Source: Antedon mediterranea
Lineage: Eukaryota > Animalia > Echinodermata
Direction: 5' to 3'
NCBI RefSeq assembly: GCF_964355755.1
Contig: NC_092678.1
Coordinates: 2,992,422 to 3,056,421 of the forward strand
Length of the DNA stretch: 64,000 nt
In this document: positions 42,101 through 52,877 of the stretch, one piece after another
Position numbering within the stretch: position 1 is the stretch's first letter
Layout of the letters: each line of letters opens with the position of its first letter
Notes under the pieces: model-generated
What the model was told of the DNA's origin: nothing
Databases searched by the model: none
Seen by the model: the letters and a program-made list of their open reading frames with translations, nothing else
Made by a program: the position numbers and the translations under genes

Positions 42101-43325
42101 AAAACATTAAACCATGTCATTCCTTGTCTTAAATGTACGTTTTATGGTAAATTATGATAAAAAGTGAGAAACAATGCACTACCTAAGTAGCTCGCGGCGA
42201 TCGAACTCTCGTGGACGGTCTCAGGCCTAGCCTAGCTAGGCTTAGTTTTGTAGGCCTAGCTGGTAAACATCGGTAACGTACGAACATCGTACGCTAGCTA
42301 TATACCTAGCCTGACGTTGTATAGTTGCTGCATTAATTGTCTTTCTATTTTTGCCAGACTCCGGTGATACAAATTGGGGAAAACCCGGTATTTTCGCTGA
42401 AAAGTTAGGAGTCTTCCATTTGTTTTGGCTTCACGATCGATCGAAAAGTGGGCGAATTACAGGTGAAAAACAAAAATATCAATCCGCGCGCAATGCATTT
42501 TGGGATTTATAGCGGGCCGCTATAATTATTAGAATCGATTTATTTTTCACATTTTTAACCGTTTAAAGACGAAAAAAGTTATCGCAATAGGACCATTATA
42601 GTATTATTTTTACATTAAATATAGTTTGTGATCTTAAATTAGATCTAAAAAACGTAGGGAATGGGGCTTTAAGGTACATTATATCAAGACAATCAAACTA
42701 CAGGACACTGAGCTCGGCCAGATTAAAGGGTTTACCTCTAGTTTCAAAACGATCAGTCTCTGCCCCTTAAATGCTTGACAGATTTTCGATTCTCTAAAAT
42801 ATTGGATTCAAAGGGTACACTATAGGTACACTATCAAACTTTATGTGACAAATAAATGTGATGTGCCTAAATATGGATACAATGACGTCATATCACTACC
42901 ATATTTGGGCATATCAAACTTTTTTGCCAAACTAGTTTGATAATGTAGACAAACCTTTACTTACATTAGAAACAACATTTGTTTGTTTATTTGTTAATAA
43001 CCCAGGTTCTAAGTTGGCAACAGCAATGTCCGGACAAGCTTGAGCCTCCAGTCTGTAGATAAAAAGAGAAAAGACAATGTTTCCAATATAAAAAAAGGGA
43101 GGTACAGTGTTTTAAAGGACCTACCACCACTCTTAAAATGATTTCTTATTGAGATTACTATCCTTTTTTCAATTACCACAAATCTTAACCAAATTCCTGG
43201 TGAAAAAACCTGATAATTAAATAGTACCTTACTCTTCGTAGATATTCTTCAGCACTTGTCGGAGGTTGCGATAAATCTCCACTGTCTTTAGAAACCGGTA
43301 ACAGCTGGATCATAAGATTATCCAT
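39107..43325 (-). CDS. GEMIN2: Gem-associated protein 2 (SMN complex), ~254 aa; exons 43228-43325, 42965-43052, 41726-41872, 39978-40133, 39328-39507, 39107-39202
   Basis: Spliced translation [11 protein letters not shown]...[25 protein letters not shown]...[12 protein letters not shown]...[11 protein letters not shown]...[15 protein letters not shown]...[24 protein letters not shown] matches Gemin2 hallmarks. GT-AG introns, 765 nt in frame. A probable non-coding first exon lies near 44075-44170. Confidence 0.93.
40239..41600. mobile_element. TA-flanked MITE (CAGTACAACCCCT...AGGGGCTCTACTA) whose interior is expanded into a minisatellite
   Basis: Imperfect inverted termini with GACAC/GTGTC arms enclosing the 35-bp array. 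Confidence 0.6.
40297..41577. repeat. 35-bp minisatellite (GTCCCCTTAATAGGTGTTGGCTGTGATGGAAAAGT), ~36 copies, in a GEMIN2 intron
   Basis: Direct reading. Blocks of GTCCCC vs GTTCCC and AGGT vs AGCT variants. Confidence 0.97.
42042..42668. mobile_element. TTAA-flanked non-autonomous DNA element (Kolobok/piggyBac-type target site), 627 bp
   Basis: TTAA|AGACCCCTTCCCT ... AGGGAATGGGGCT|TTAA, short imperfect TIRs. Confidence 0.6.
42827..42956. mobile_element. MITE family A copy; another partial copy at ~37167-37280
   Basis: TACACTATCAAACTTTATGTGAC...AAACTAGTTTGATAATGTAGAC. Confidence 0.75.
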
Positions 43326-44862
43326 AACTGATATACTACAATACAAGCCGCATACAGTCAATAGAAGATGGCAAACAAACTGGTAATAATATTAGAAATT
43401 CATAAATTAAAAAAGGTAATTAAAACACACAGTGTGCAAGAACAGTAATGAGTCGTTTTTCAAACGTTCTTAAAGTTCATACATTGAGAAATATATAAAC
43501 ACTAAACCAGATTCCCAGCCCTGCACATAATACAATTTGTATCTACTAGTAGGCCTAGCCTAGACGGTCTTCACCCTAGACTGTATATATACTACTAGCC
43601 TATAGTTTACATAATATTATTAATAATATATATTAATTAATAATAAGTATACCTAGCTAGTAGTAGATGTCCTGCTGCTACACCAGCCTAGCCTATATGT
43701 GTCCACGGTTTTAGCTAGTCTAACTTAATCAGACTTCACTAGCTTGGCCTAGCTAACTAGGAGGGTGGCCGGCGCTAGAAAGGCATTAAAAATGCCTATT
43801 CGGCCATGGATGACTGGGGCACCTAGCTAGAGAGTAGAAGAGGCTACTTACTAGCCTAGGCCTACTACACTACTACTGCTTAACTGCCTACTCTAGGCCT
43901 AATCCGTACTAAACTACTACTACTACTAGTACCATGTAACTTGCTATCCTTAACCTACTACTAGCCTAGCTAGGCGAGAATCCAAGCTAGTCAGCCTGTT
44001 AATTTAGCCGATGGATATAATAGGTACATTCAACAACATTATTACATTTAAAATAACATAAATAATCAAAGTACTTGAGCTAGGCCTAAGCCTATTTTCT
44101 TGCCGCTGATGCGCTCTCAGCCGCTTCACTAGTGGTTTGATTTTGACGACTGTCGGGCCGCCGGGAGACTAAACACGTGTTTTTGTTATTGTAAGATAGA
44201 GGGCGTGGGTAAGCATGAGGCGCTGATGGTGTAAAATAACAAGAATAATACTGAATACATATTATTTCAGATTGTGAAATCCCAGTTTTTAGCAGTTTAG
44301 CGGTAGTTCTTTTTTTTTAATAAAAGAAATTCAATCCACATGCATGACAGAAAAATCGTCGTTTGAGTGTTTAATTTGGAGATAATAAGCAATAATTAGG
44401 ATGTGTATTATAGGCCTATATTTATATGTTAAAGGCCTACCGATTCTTGGTTTTACTTTAGTCTACAAAATGTTAATGTTCTGTTCCGTGTCTGAAATTC
44501 ATTTAACAATTATTGAAAGTGAGATCGCACCAGTTGTAAAAGATTGAACGCCAATATCCGGACAATATCCGTATATTGCCTATAGGCCCGGCCTGTATTA
44601 TTTCCTGCCATGATAGAATAATTTATACCATGTTTATAACACCCAATGAAAACATAATTAATGTAGTTAATAAGTCTGAAATGTGTGTAAGGCAAATTGC
44701 TAGATACATTCGATCGGCGCACCCTTCAGGAAGCCATATAACTTGGTCCCGCGAGCAGTTCTTTAGTGGAATTTCAACTACAGATTACCTATCCTAAATC
44801 AATGACACATTTTTAACATTGTTATTATTAATTTTCCTTCTTTTATTCATATATCAATCAAG

Positions 44863-47800
44863 TTTCCTATCATTGACGGTGACAAGTTCATCAACACAAG
44901 ATCTGCTATAGACATTAGGAGTGGACACAGGTAATTATTACATGTAAACAAAATTAAAGATTTTAAACTAAAACATTGTTATGATTCAGTTTTGTGTCCT
45001 GCACTGTACTACTAGCCCTACATTAGATTATTATCTTTTTTTTATCAGAATGTGGAATTGTCAGATCTCCAGAAGCAATAGGCCTACTGGAGCAAGAAGA
45101 CAATTCACGGGTGGTGGCCGGAGTGGTAGCTGCTAGAGGTTCCGCTCCATGGATGGTACGCCTTTACCATATTCCTCTGGGACGTTATTTCTGCGGTGGG
45201 TCTATTGTAAACTCTAAATGGATAATCACAGCAGCACACTGTATTACTGTATTCAGGGCTACTAAGCACAACACTCGTATTTATGTGGCTGATTATGACT
45301 CTGAATTGAAAGAATCCGAAGAAAGGTTTTATAACATTGAGAAGATTGTAACACACGCAGATTTTAATGATGCCACTTACGACGCCGATATTGCAATGAT
45401 CAAACTTGACACATCGATTTCTAATTTTACTCATTACGTCAGACCTATATGCTTACCAAAAAACAATCTGACTGAAAGAATTATGAAACCAAGAAAACAT
45501 GGCCGGGTAAGTGGATGGGGAGACCTCAGGGAAAATGTCCCAAGACCACGGTTTATGAATGAGGTCTATATACCTATCGTAGGCCAGAGAAATTGCATTT
45601 CTTCAACAACGGATACTGTGACAGACAACATGTTTTGTGCTGGGTATAAACAGAAACTCAAAGATGCCTGCCAGGGAGACAGTGGTGGACCTTTTTCCAT
45701 TTTGCACGATGGCCGTTGGTTTTTGTTCGGTATCGTTAGTTGGGGTGAAGGTTGCGGACGACCGGGGAAATATGGATTTTACACCAGAATTCCAGCATTT
45801 TTCGATTGGATTAATAACTTATTGATAGAAGAAGGTTAGTTGTGTATTTTATAATGCAAATTATAACATGATTATTGCAAGTAAGAAGAATAAGTATGTA
45901 TAAACTAAAAATGTAAATCATTCTGGTTCGTAATTCTTCTTTCTCGTTGATGTAGTCCTAAATATTTCTTATTTAACTTTTTCATATTCATTTAGAAATT
46001 CCGTGTCCGCCATTAAAAAACATCAGACAATGTCGAGAGGGACTGCAACAATCGTTTGAAAAAACCTGGACAAGTATGTGACTTTCGATGTTCTGAGGGT
46101 CACGTGAGGATATCTGGTGACGTCAGACGTGTATGTCAACTTGACGGTACTTGGTCAGGAAGTGAATTACTATGCGAATTTACAGGTTTGTGAGGAAATG
46201 AATTAATTTTAATAAAACTAGTACTAGATACTTAAAAAAAATAAACGTAAGGTATTACTGAAATGTAGGCTGGTTGTTTCTGTGCATCTTCCTTCTATTC
46301 CAGAATACACAGCACCAGTAGTACCACCACCAAAGGAGGAACATAGAACAGTGGTAAATGCGCTGACGGTTGTTAGGAGTTGGCCAATGTGCAGTGATCT
46401 GAAATACGTAGGCTACCACACTTTCGCTACCTAAACGTTTAATAGTTCATTTTAGTGATATATATTTTTATCTTCTAATAGAATGTGGAATTGTTACATC
46501 ACAAGAAGCATTGCTAGAGCAAAACAATCGAGATGAAGACAGCTTTCCGTTAATGAACGAAAGAAATGCGACTAGAGGTTCCGCGCCATGGGTGGTACGC
46601 ATCTACCATACTCCTCAAAGACGATATGTCTGCAGAGGAGGATCTATTTTAAACTCGGAATGGATAGTCACATCGGCTTCTAGTCTCCAGAAAATATTAA
46701 AATATAATAAAAATAATCATACCATAAGTTATGTTGATAAAACTAATACCTTAATTTTCGTTGGTGACCACGAGTCTGACGAAAGGTTCTATAGAATTGA
46801 GAAAATTGTGAAACACACAGACTTCAGGTATAGCACCTTAAGCCCTCATATAGCTATGATCAAACTTGAAACACCAATTTCAGTCTTTACTAACTACGTC
46901 AGACCTATATGCTTACCAACAAACACCGAAACCAAACAAATTATAAAAAGGCACAAACTTGGAAGAGTAAACGGTTGGGGAAATCTTACCACCGATGGTG
47001 GCCCAACAGTACGGTTTATGAATGAAATTTATTTGCCCATCGTTCGCAAATAGAAGTGTATTTCTTCAAAAATGCGCTCAGTGACAGGTAATATGTTCTG
47101 TGTAGAATACGCACAGGAAACAGACTCATGCTATGGAGATGATGGAGGATCGTTTGCTATATTCTATGAAGAACGGTGGTAATTGTTTGGTATCGTTCGT
47201 TGGGATGAAGGTTGCGACCTACAGGGAAAATATGGAGTTTACACCAGAATTCCAGTCTTACTAGATTGGATTGATAACGTAATAGAAACAAATGGTTAGT
47301 TGAGTTTGGCAGTTTATAGTATAGTGCACGACCCCACGAAAAGAGTAAGGGATCGCTTCCCGGTGTGTTGATCTAGTAGGCGCTGCACTGCTGGCTGCCG
47401 TGGGTCTTCGGAGGGTTTCATCCGAATTTCCTCAGTTTCCAGTTTAACTTAAGGACCATAATAAATAGATTTTACTACTGTCACGAACTCCTCTTACGTA
47501 TGTTTCCGAGCGGTTGAAAATACTTTAGGAACTCCCTTGTGACATAAAAGTATACACAAAAAATCCACAAAGTTGTAAAATAACTCAAAACAAAGCTTTA
47601 ATTTCAATCAATTTCAACTTTCAACAATCCAGTAAGCACTTTAAACAACAGCTTCACAATAACTTTACAATATAATATCCAACCTCTAATCCAACAACCT
47701 TACAATAGTTTACATCCCTTTATATACAAGATGCTCCTATCCTTCTGGATCATTCTTTATACTTCTCATTATTACATGATTACAGTTTCTATTAATAGCA

Positions 47801-49471
47801 CTTCTGGAATGTTCTTGATTGTTCTTATTAATTATACATGGTTTCTTAAATCAAAACATTTTTTTCTAGAATGTTCATGTAACTATGTTACTCTATATGT
47901 TAGGGAATGGTAATTTATTAAACTACGTATTGTATAATGATTGCCTTTACATTTTATAATACAGTATAAATATAATTCCTTTTTTGTATCATTTATTTTT
48001 ACAGGAGTACCGTTTGGCAATCTCTTAAAGTCAAAGCCAATGAACGTAACTGTAAACGCCGGAGACAATCACGTGTTTAGTTGTACGCCGATAGACTACT
48101 ACGGTAATTATTTTATTAAGTGGAAAAAGGATGATGACGTAATAACCAAAGACGAACATATACATATTTTGAAAGGAGAAGGAATAATCATTACAAAGAT
48201 TACTAGTGCAGATGCTGGAAAGTACACATGCGTCGTCATGGGAGACGATCAGATTCGTGTCCAAGAAGAATCTGCGTTTCTCACTGTTGAATCTGACATG
48301 TCAAGTCTTGGTGGTGAGCCAAAAATTATTATGGAAAAATATTTTAAGAAATTACTCACTCAAAAGCCTATTAAAATCAAGTTTATTAGTTAGCATCTTT
48401 AATAGAAATATATGTGTACACAGTACTAACTTTGAGATAACAATGTAAAGATTTCGAGTTTTAAGACATATATCTGGATATAGCTTTAAAGCATACATAT
48501 ACATGTATTAATTTTGGTGTCCCATTTCAGATTTGTTTTCACAGTAATGACGTAGTAATAACTCCTTTTATGTATATATTTATATCGTCGTTCTTTCTTT
48601 AATCTATGTAATTTGATAGAATGTGGATATGTTACATCAAAAGAAGCAATTCTGCAGGAAAAATATCGAGATGAAAACTTTGGTCGATTGGTGAACGGAA
48701 ATAGTGCGGTCAGAGGCTCTGCGCCATGGATGGTACGCCTTTACAACATTCACAACAAACTTGATGTCTGCGGAGGATCTATTTTAAACTCAGAATGGAT
48801 AGCCACGGCGGCAAATTGTGTCACGAGCGGGTGGTTGGAAGTTAACAAAAACAATACCCTAATTCGTGTAGCTGACCATGATGTTTACATTGAAGAGTCG
48901 GCGGAAAAGCTTTACAAAATTAAAAAGATTGTTACACACACACACTTTAGTCATAGCACTTTCAATGCTGATATAGCTATGATCAAACTCGAAACACCAA
49001 TTTTTAACTTTACTGATTACGTCAGACCTATATGCTTACCAACAAGCAATCTAACTGAACGAATTATGAAACCGCGTCAACTTGGCCGGGTAAATGGATG
49101 GGAAACCAGCAGTGAACACGTTAATAAACCGTCACGGTTTCTGAATGAAATTTACTTGCCTATCGTTGGCAAGAAAAAATGTATTTCTTCAACAGGATTC
49201 CCAGTGACACGTAATATGTTTTGTGCTGCATACGCACAGATAATAAAAAGGTGCATGTACTGGAGACAGTGGTTGGCCATTTTCCATGTTGCATAAAAAC
49301 CGTTGGTATTTGTTTGGTATCGTTAGTTGGGGTGAAAGTTGTGGACAACCGGGAATATATGGATTTTACACCAGAATTCCAGCCGTAGTTGATTGGATTA
49401 ACAACGTAATGAAAGAAGAAAAGACACTTTGTTCATTCTTAACTAAAGGACAATTTTGTAATGTAAAATAA
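44863..49471 (+). pseudogene. Polyprotease gene A, disabled: leader exon 44863-44930, trypsin-1 45049-45834, Sushi 45996-46185, Pro-rich linker 46304-46353, non-catalytic trypsin-2 46482-47294, Ig 48005-48313, trypsin-3 48620-49471
   Basis: Exons paralogous to genes B and C. Lesions: TGG>TAG at 44909-44911, +1 A in the Sushi exon (190 nt), TAG at 47051-47053 and TAA near 47180 in domain 2, +1 A near 49245 and His>Asn in domain 3. First coding exon not found. Confidence 0.8.
45049..45839 (+). CDS. Intact single-exon trypsin-like (S1A) serine protease domain A1
   Basis: ECG..SR|VVAG activation site, TAAHC, DADIAM, DACQGDSGGP, GIVSWGEGC..GKYGFYT. The reading frame is open but sits in an otherwise disabled gene. 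Confidence 0.6.
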
Positions 49472-49621
49472 AATTAATAACAGTAGGTATAAGCTATTAA
49501 CAAATCAGATACAAATTTGAGTGCAACTTAAACTGCGATTTTACCCATTTGGGAAGTAGACCTATATTATGTAGTAAACCTAAGTATTACTAACATTGAC
49601 ATTTATAATGATGAGAACTAA

Positions 49622-49766
49622 AGCTCTATCTACACTGACAACAAATTGTGATTTGCCCAATATGGTAGTGATATGCCCAAATATGGTAGTCATATGACAT
49701 CATCATGTTCATATTGGGCACATCACATTTTTTTCTCACATAATGATTGATAGTGTGGACAGAGCT
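49622..49766. mobile_element. MITE family A; another copy at ~50834-51235 is split by an insertion
   Basis: TAA|AGCTCTATCTACACT...GATAGTGTGGACAGAGCT|TAA. Confidence 0.8.
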
Positions 49767-50231
49767 TAAGATTAAAAATGAACCCCATATGTTGTATTGT
49801 TATAATTAAATAGATTTGCATAAAAAAAAATGATTTTGAAAAAGTACCGTAGTTTTTAAAACTAATATAATAACATTTAATACAAATCAAAGAAATAAAT
49901 AAATAAACTTTTAATGTTAATTCGGAAGTTATTTTAGTTTGTTAATGTAAAGTAACAAAATAAATAGAACGACAAAACGTGTCAAACTATAGGTGTTAAA
50001 TTATGCATTATACATTAAAAAATGAACAAGAGATTTGACAAGTTTGGTTAATGTAAATATGTACCGGTATTATTAACATTTCAGTTTCCAATGAGTTTTA
50101 ATGAGCATTTAAATTAATATTCATTATCAGCTAAAATGCATTTACATAAAAATGACATTTTATACTTATTAATGCTAACTATGGTGATTATGTGAGAAAG
50201 ATTACTGCAGTGTTCGCCTACTTTGTTCCTG

Positions 50232-50491
50232 TTTTTAGTCTCGTGCATGCCAACGCGACAGCTCACTACGTCAGTTGGTCGGTTGGTTTTGGTAAACACT
50301 ACTTGAGCACGCGACTGCTCACTACGTCAGTCGGTTGGTTGGTAAACACTACTTGAGCACGCGACTGCTCACTACGTCAGTTGGTCGGTTGGTTTTGGTA
50401 AACACTACTCTAGCACGCGACTGCTCATTACGTCAGTCGGTTGGTTGGTAAACACTACTTGAGCACGCGACTGCAGTCATATGGCCTTGTT
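50232..50491. mobile_element. Helentron-associated (DINE/HINE-like) small element with internal ~50-bp tandem repeats; relatives at ~34735-34831 and 60380-60582
   Basis: TTTTTAGTC(T/G)CGTG 5' end, GTCG/GTTG microsatellite core, AGCACGCGACT...GGCCTTGTT 3' end shared among the copies. Confidence 0.55.
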
Positions 50492-50704
50492 ATGGGTACA
50501 GTATATCTTTAAAAGGAAGTCGCTTCTTTTATAATACAATCAATTTGGAAAATTGTTCTTTAATCACAAGACCAACAAGCTCTACAAAGTCATGGGATAT
50601 AGTTCGATCCGGTCGAGCATCCGGATAAATAGCTATTTTAAAGACGAAAAAGGGGAATTGATTTACTTTAGATGTTATCTTTCGTTAATTAAATAACGAA
50701 CCTC

Positions 50705-52805
50705 ATGATGTACTTATTTCTACACTTAATGTAAGTAGTTTTGTTTTTAAAATACTAAAAACGTTAAAAAAAATATGGGAATGTGCTCGGATAATGCATG
50801 TTTTCCACTGGCAACAATGGGTTAGGTGTGTAAAGTCTTGTCTACATTATATCAAACTTTGTGACAAAAGAATATATGGTGTACCTATATAATGGACATG
50901 ATGGTGTCATAGTGCGCTTAAGACACATCTACTGTCGGCTGCCTTTGGAAATGTTATTGTTTAGCTAGATACCCACATTACTGAGAACACCTGTGAGTAA
51001 TTTGCTGGCAGGTCTGTGCACATTGCCTTGCCGGTACAAGGAAGCACTTATGTGGGTTCCATTGGTCTGTTTTTATCCTGTTTGTGGTTGTTTTAGTATG
51101 GTTAGTATTTTTTCATGGTTTTCACAAGCGCATTGAGCATATGTGCGCTTTATAAATCTTACTATCTTATCTTATATCACTACCATATTTACGTATATCA
51201 CTACCATATCTGGGCACATCACACTTTTTTTGTCACCAACCAATCGGTAGTGCATCCTATAAATATAGGCCTACTTTAAAACTAATAAAAAAAATACATA
51301 AAAAAACAATAGGCCTAAAAAATATGCAAAGAACAATCCGAAATAAACAGTGAGACAAATATATTGATAACGACCGAACTGACGTCACTTTCACCTATTA
51401 TTGAATAAACATCAAAGAGAACACTTCAGGTTATTTATGGATTACGTCTTGCAAAAAGTTATTCTTATACTTATTTAAGGTTTCTCTCATTGACGGTGTT
51501 GAGTTCGTCAGCACAAGACCTGCCGTGGACATTAGAAGCGGACACAGGTAACTCATACTTAACCAAATGTTACACAGTTATGAATTCAAATATTATTATT
51601 TAATATTGTCCTTTATCATCATCATCATATCAAAATACATGAAATTGTTTGTAATTTATATAGAATGTGGAAGTGTCACATCTCCAGAAGCAATGCTGGA
51701 CCAAGGAAACCGAAGAGGAAGGGAAGCTTCTAGAGGATCCGCTCCATGGATAGTACGCCTCCTTGGAGCTTATTATTTCTGCGGTGGATCTATTGTAAAC
51801 TCTGAATGGATAATTACAGCAGCACACTGTATTACTGAGTTTAACATTAATAAGATGAATACATATGTACTTGTTCATGTAGCTGATCATGACAACGCAT
51901 TTACAGAATCCGAAGAAAGGCTTTACAGGATTAAGACGATTATAACACACGCAGATTTCAATGACGACACTTACGACGCCGATATTGCAATGATCAAACT
52001 TGACACACCGATTTCTAACTTTACTCATTACGTCAGACCTATATGTTTACCAACAAACAATCTGACTGAAAGAATTATGAGACCAAGAAAACGTGGTCGG
52101 GTAAGTGGATGGGGACGTCTCAGAGAAAATGGCCCAACACCACGTTTTATGAATGAATTTTACGTTCCTGTCGTTGCCCAGAGAAAATGCATTTCTTCTA
52201 CAACGTATAATGTTACAGACAACATGTTTTGTGCCGGGTATAAACAGAAACTAACAGATGCATGTACTGGGGACAGTGGTGGACCTTTTTCCATTCTGTA
52301 TGAAAACCGATGGTATTTGTTCGGTATCGTTAGTTGGGGTGAAGGCTGTGGACAACCGGGGAAATATGGATTTTACACCAGAATCTCAGCATTTCTCGAT
52401 TGGATAACAAATGTCATATTAGAAGGTTAGTTGTGTATTTTTGACAATGCAACTGATAAGAAAAATGAATATGAATTACTAAAAAGTAAAATCAAATTGG
52501 TTCGTAATGCCTTCTTCCTTGTTGATTTAAATGATTACCCTTTATTTAATTTAGAAACTCCGTGTCCGCCATTAGAACCATCAGCCAATGTCGAGGGGGA
52601 CTGCAATCGTTTGTGGAAACCTGAACAAGTATGTAACTTTCGATGTACGGAGGGTCACGTGAGGACATCTGGCGACGTCAGACGTGTATGTCGTTTAGAC
52701 GGTACTTGGTCAGGAAATGAATTATTATGTGAAGGTATAACACAGACTATAGAATATTATTAGCTTAATAATTACTCATGATAATATAATTAATAATTAC
52801 TCATG

Positions 52806-52877
<72 letters not shown>

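Noticed and set aside
47538-47891. Possible solo LTR in an intron of gene A
   Set aside because: Starts with TGT and has LTR-like composition, but no clean CA end or TSD could be identified.
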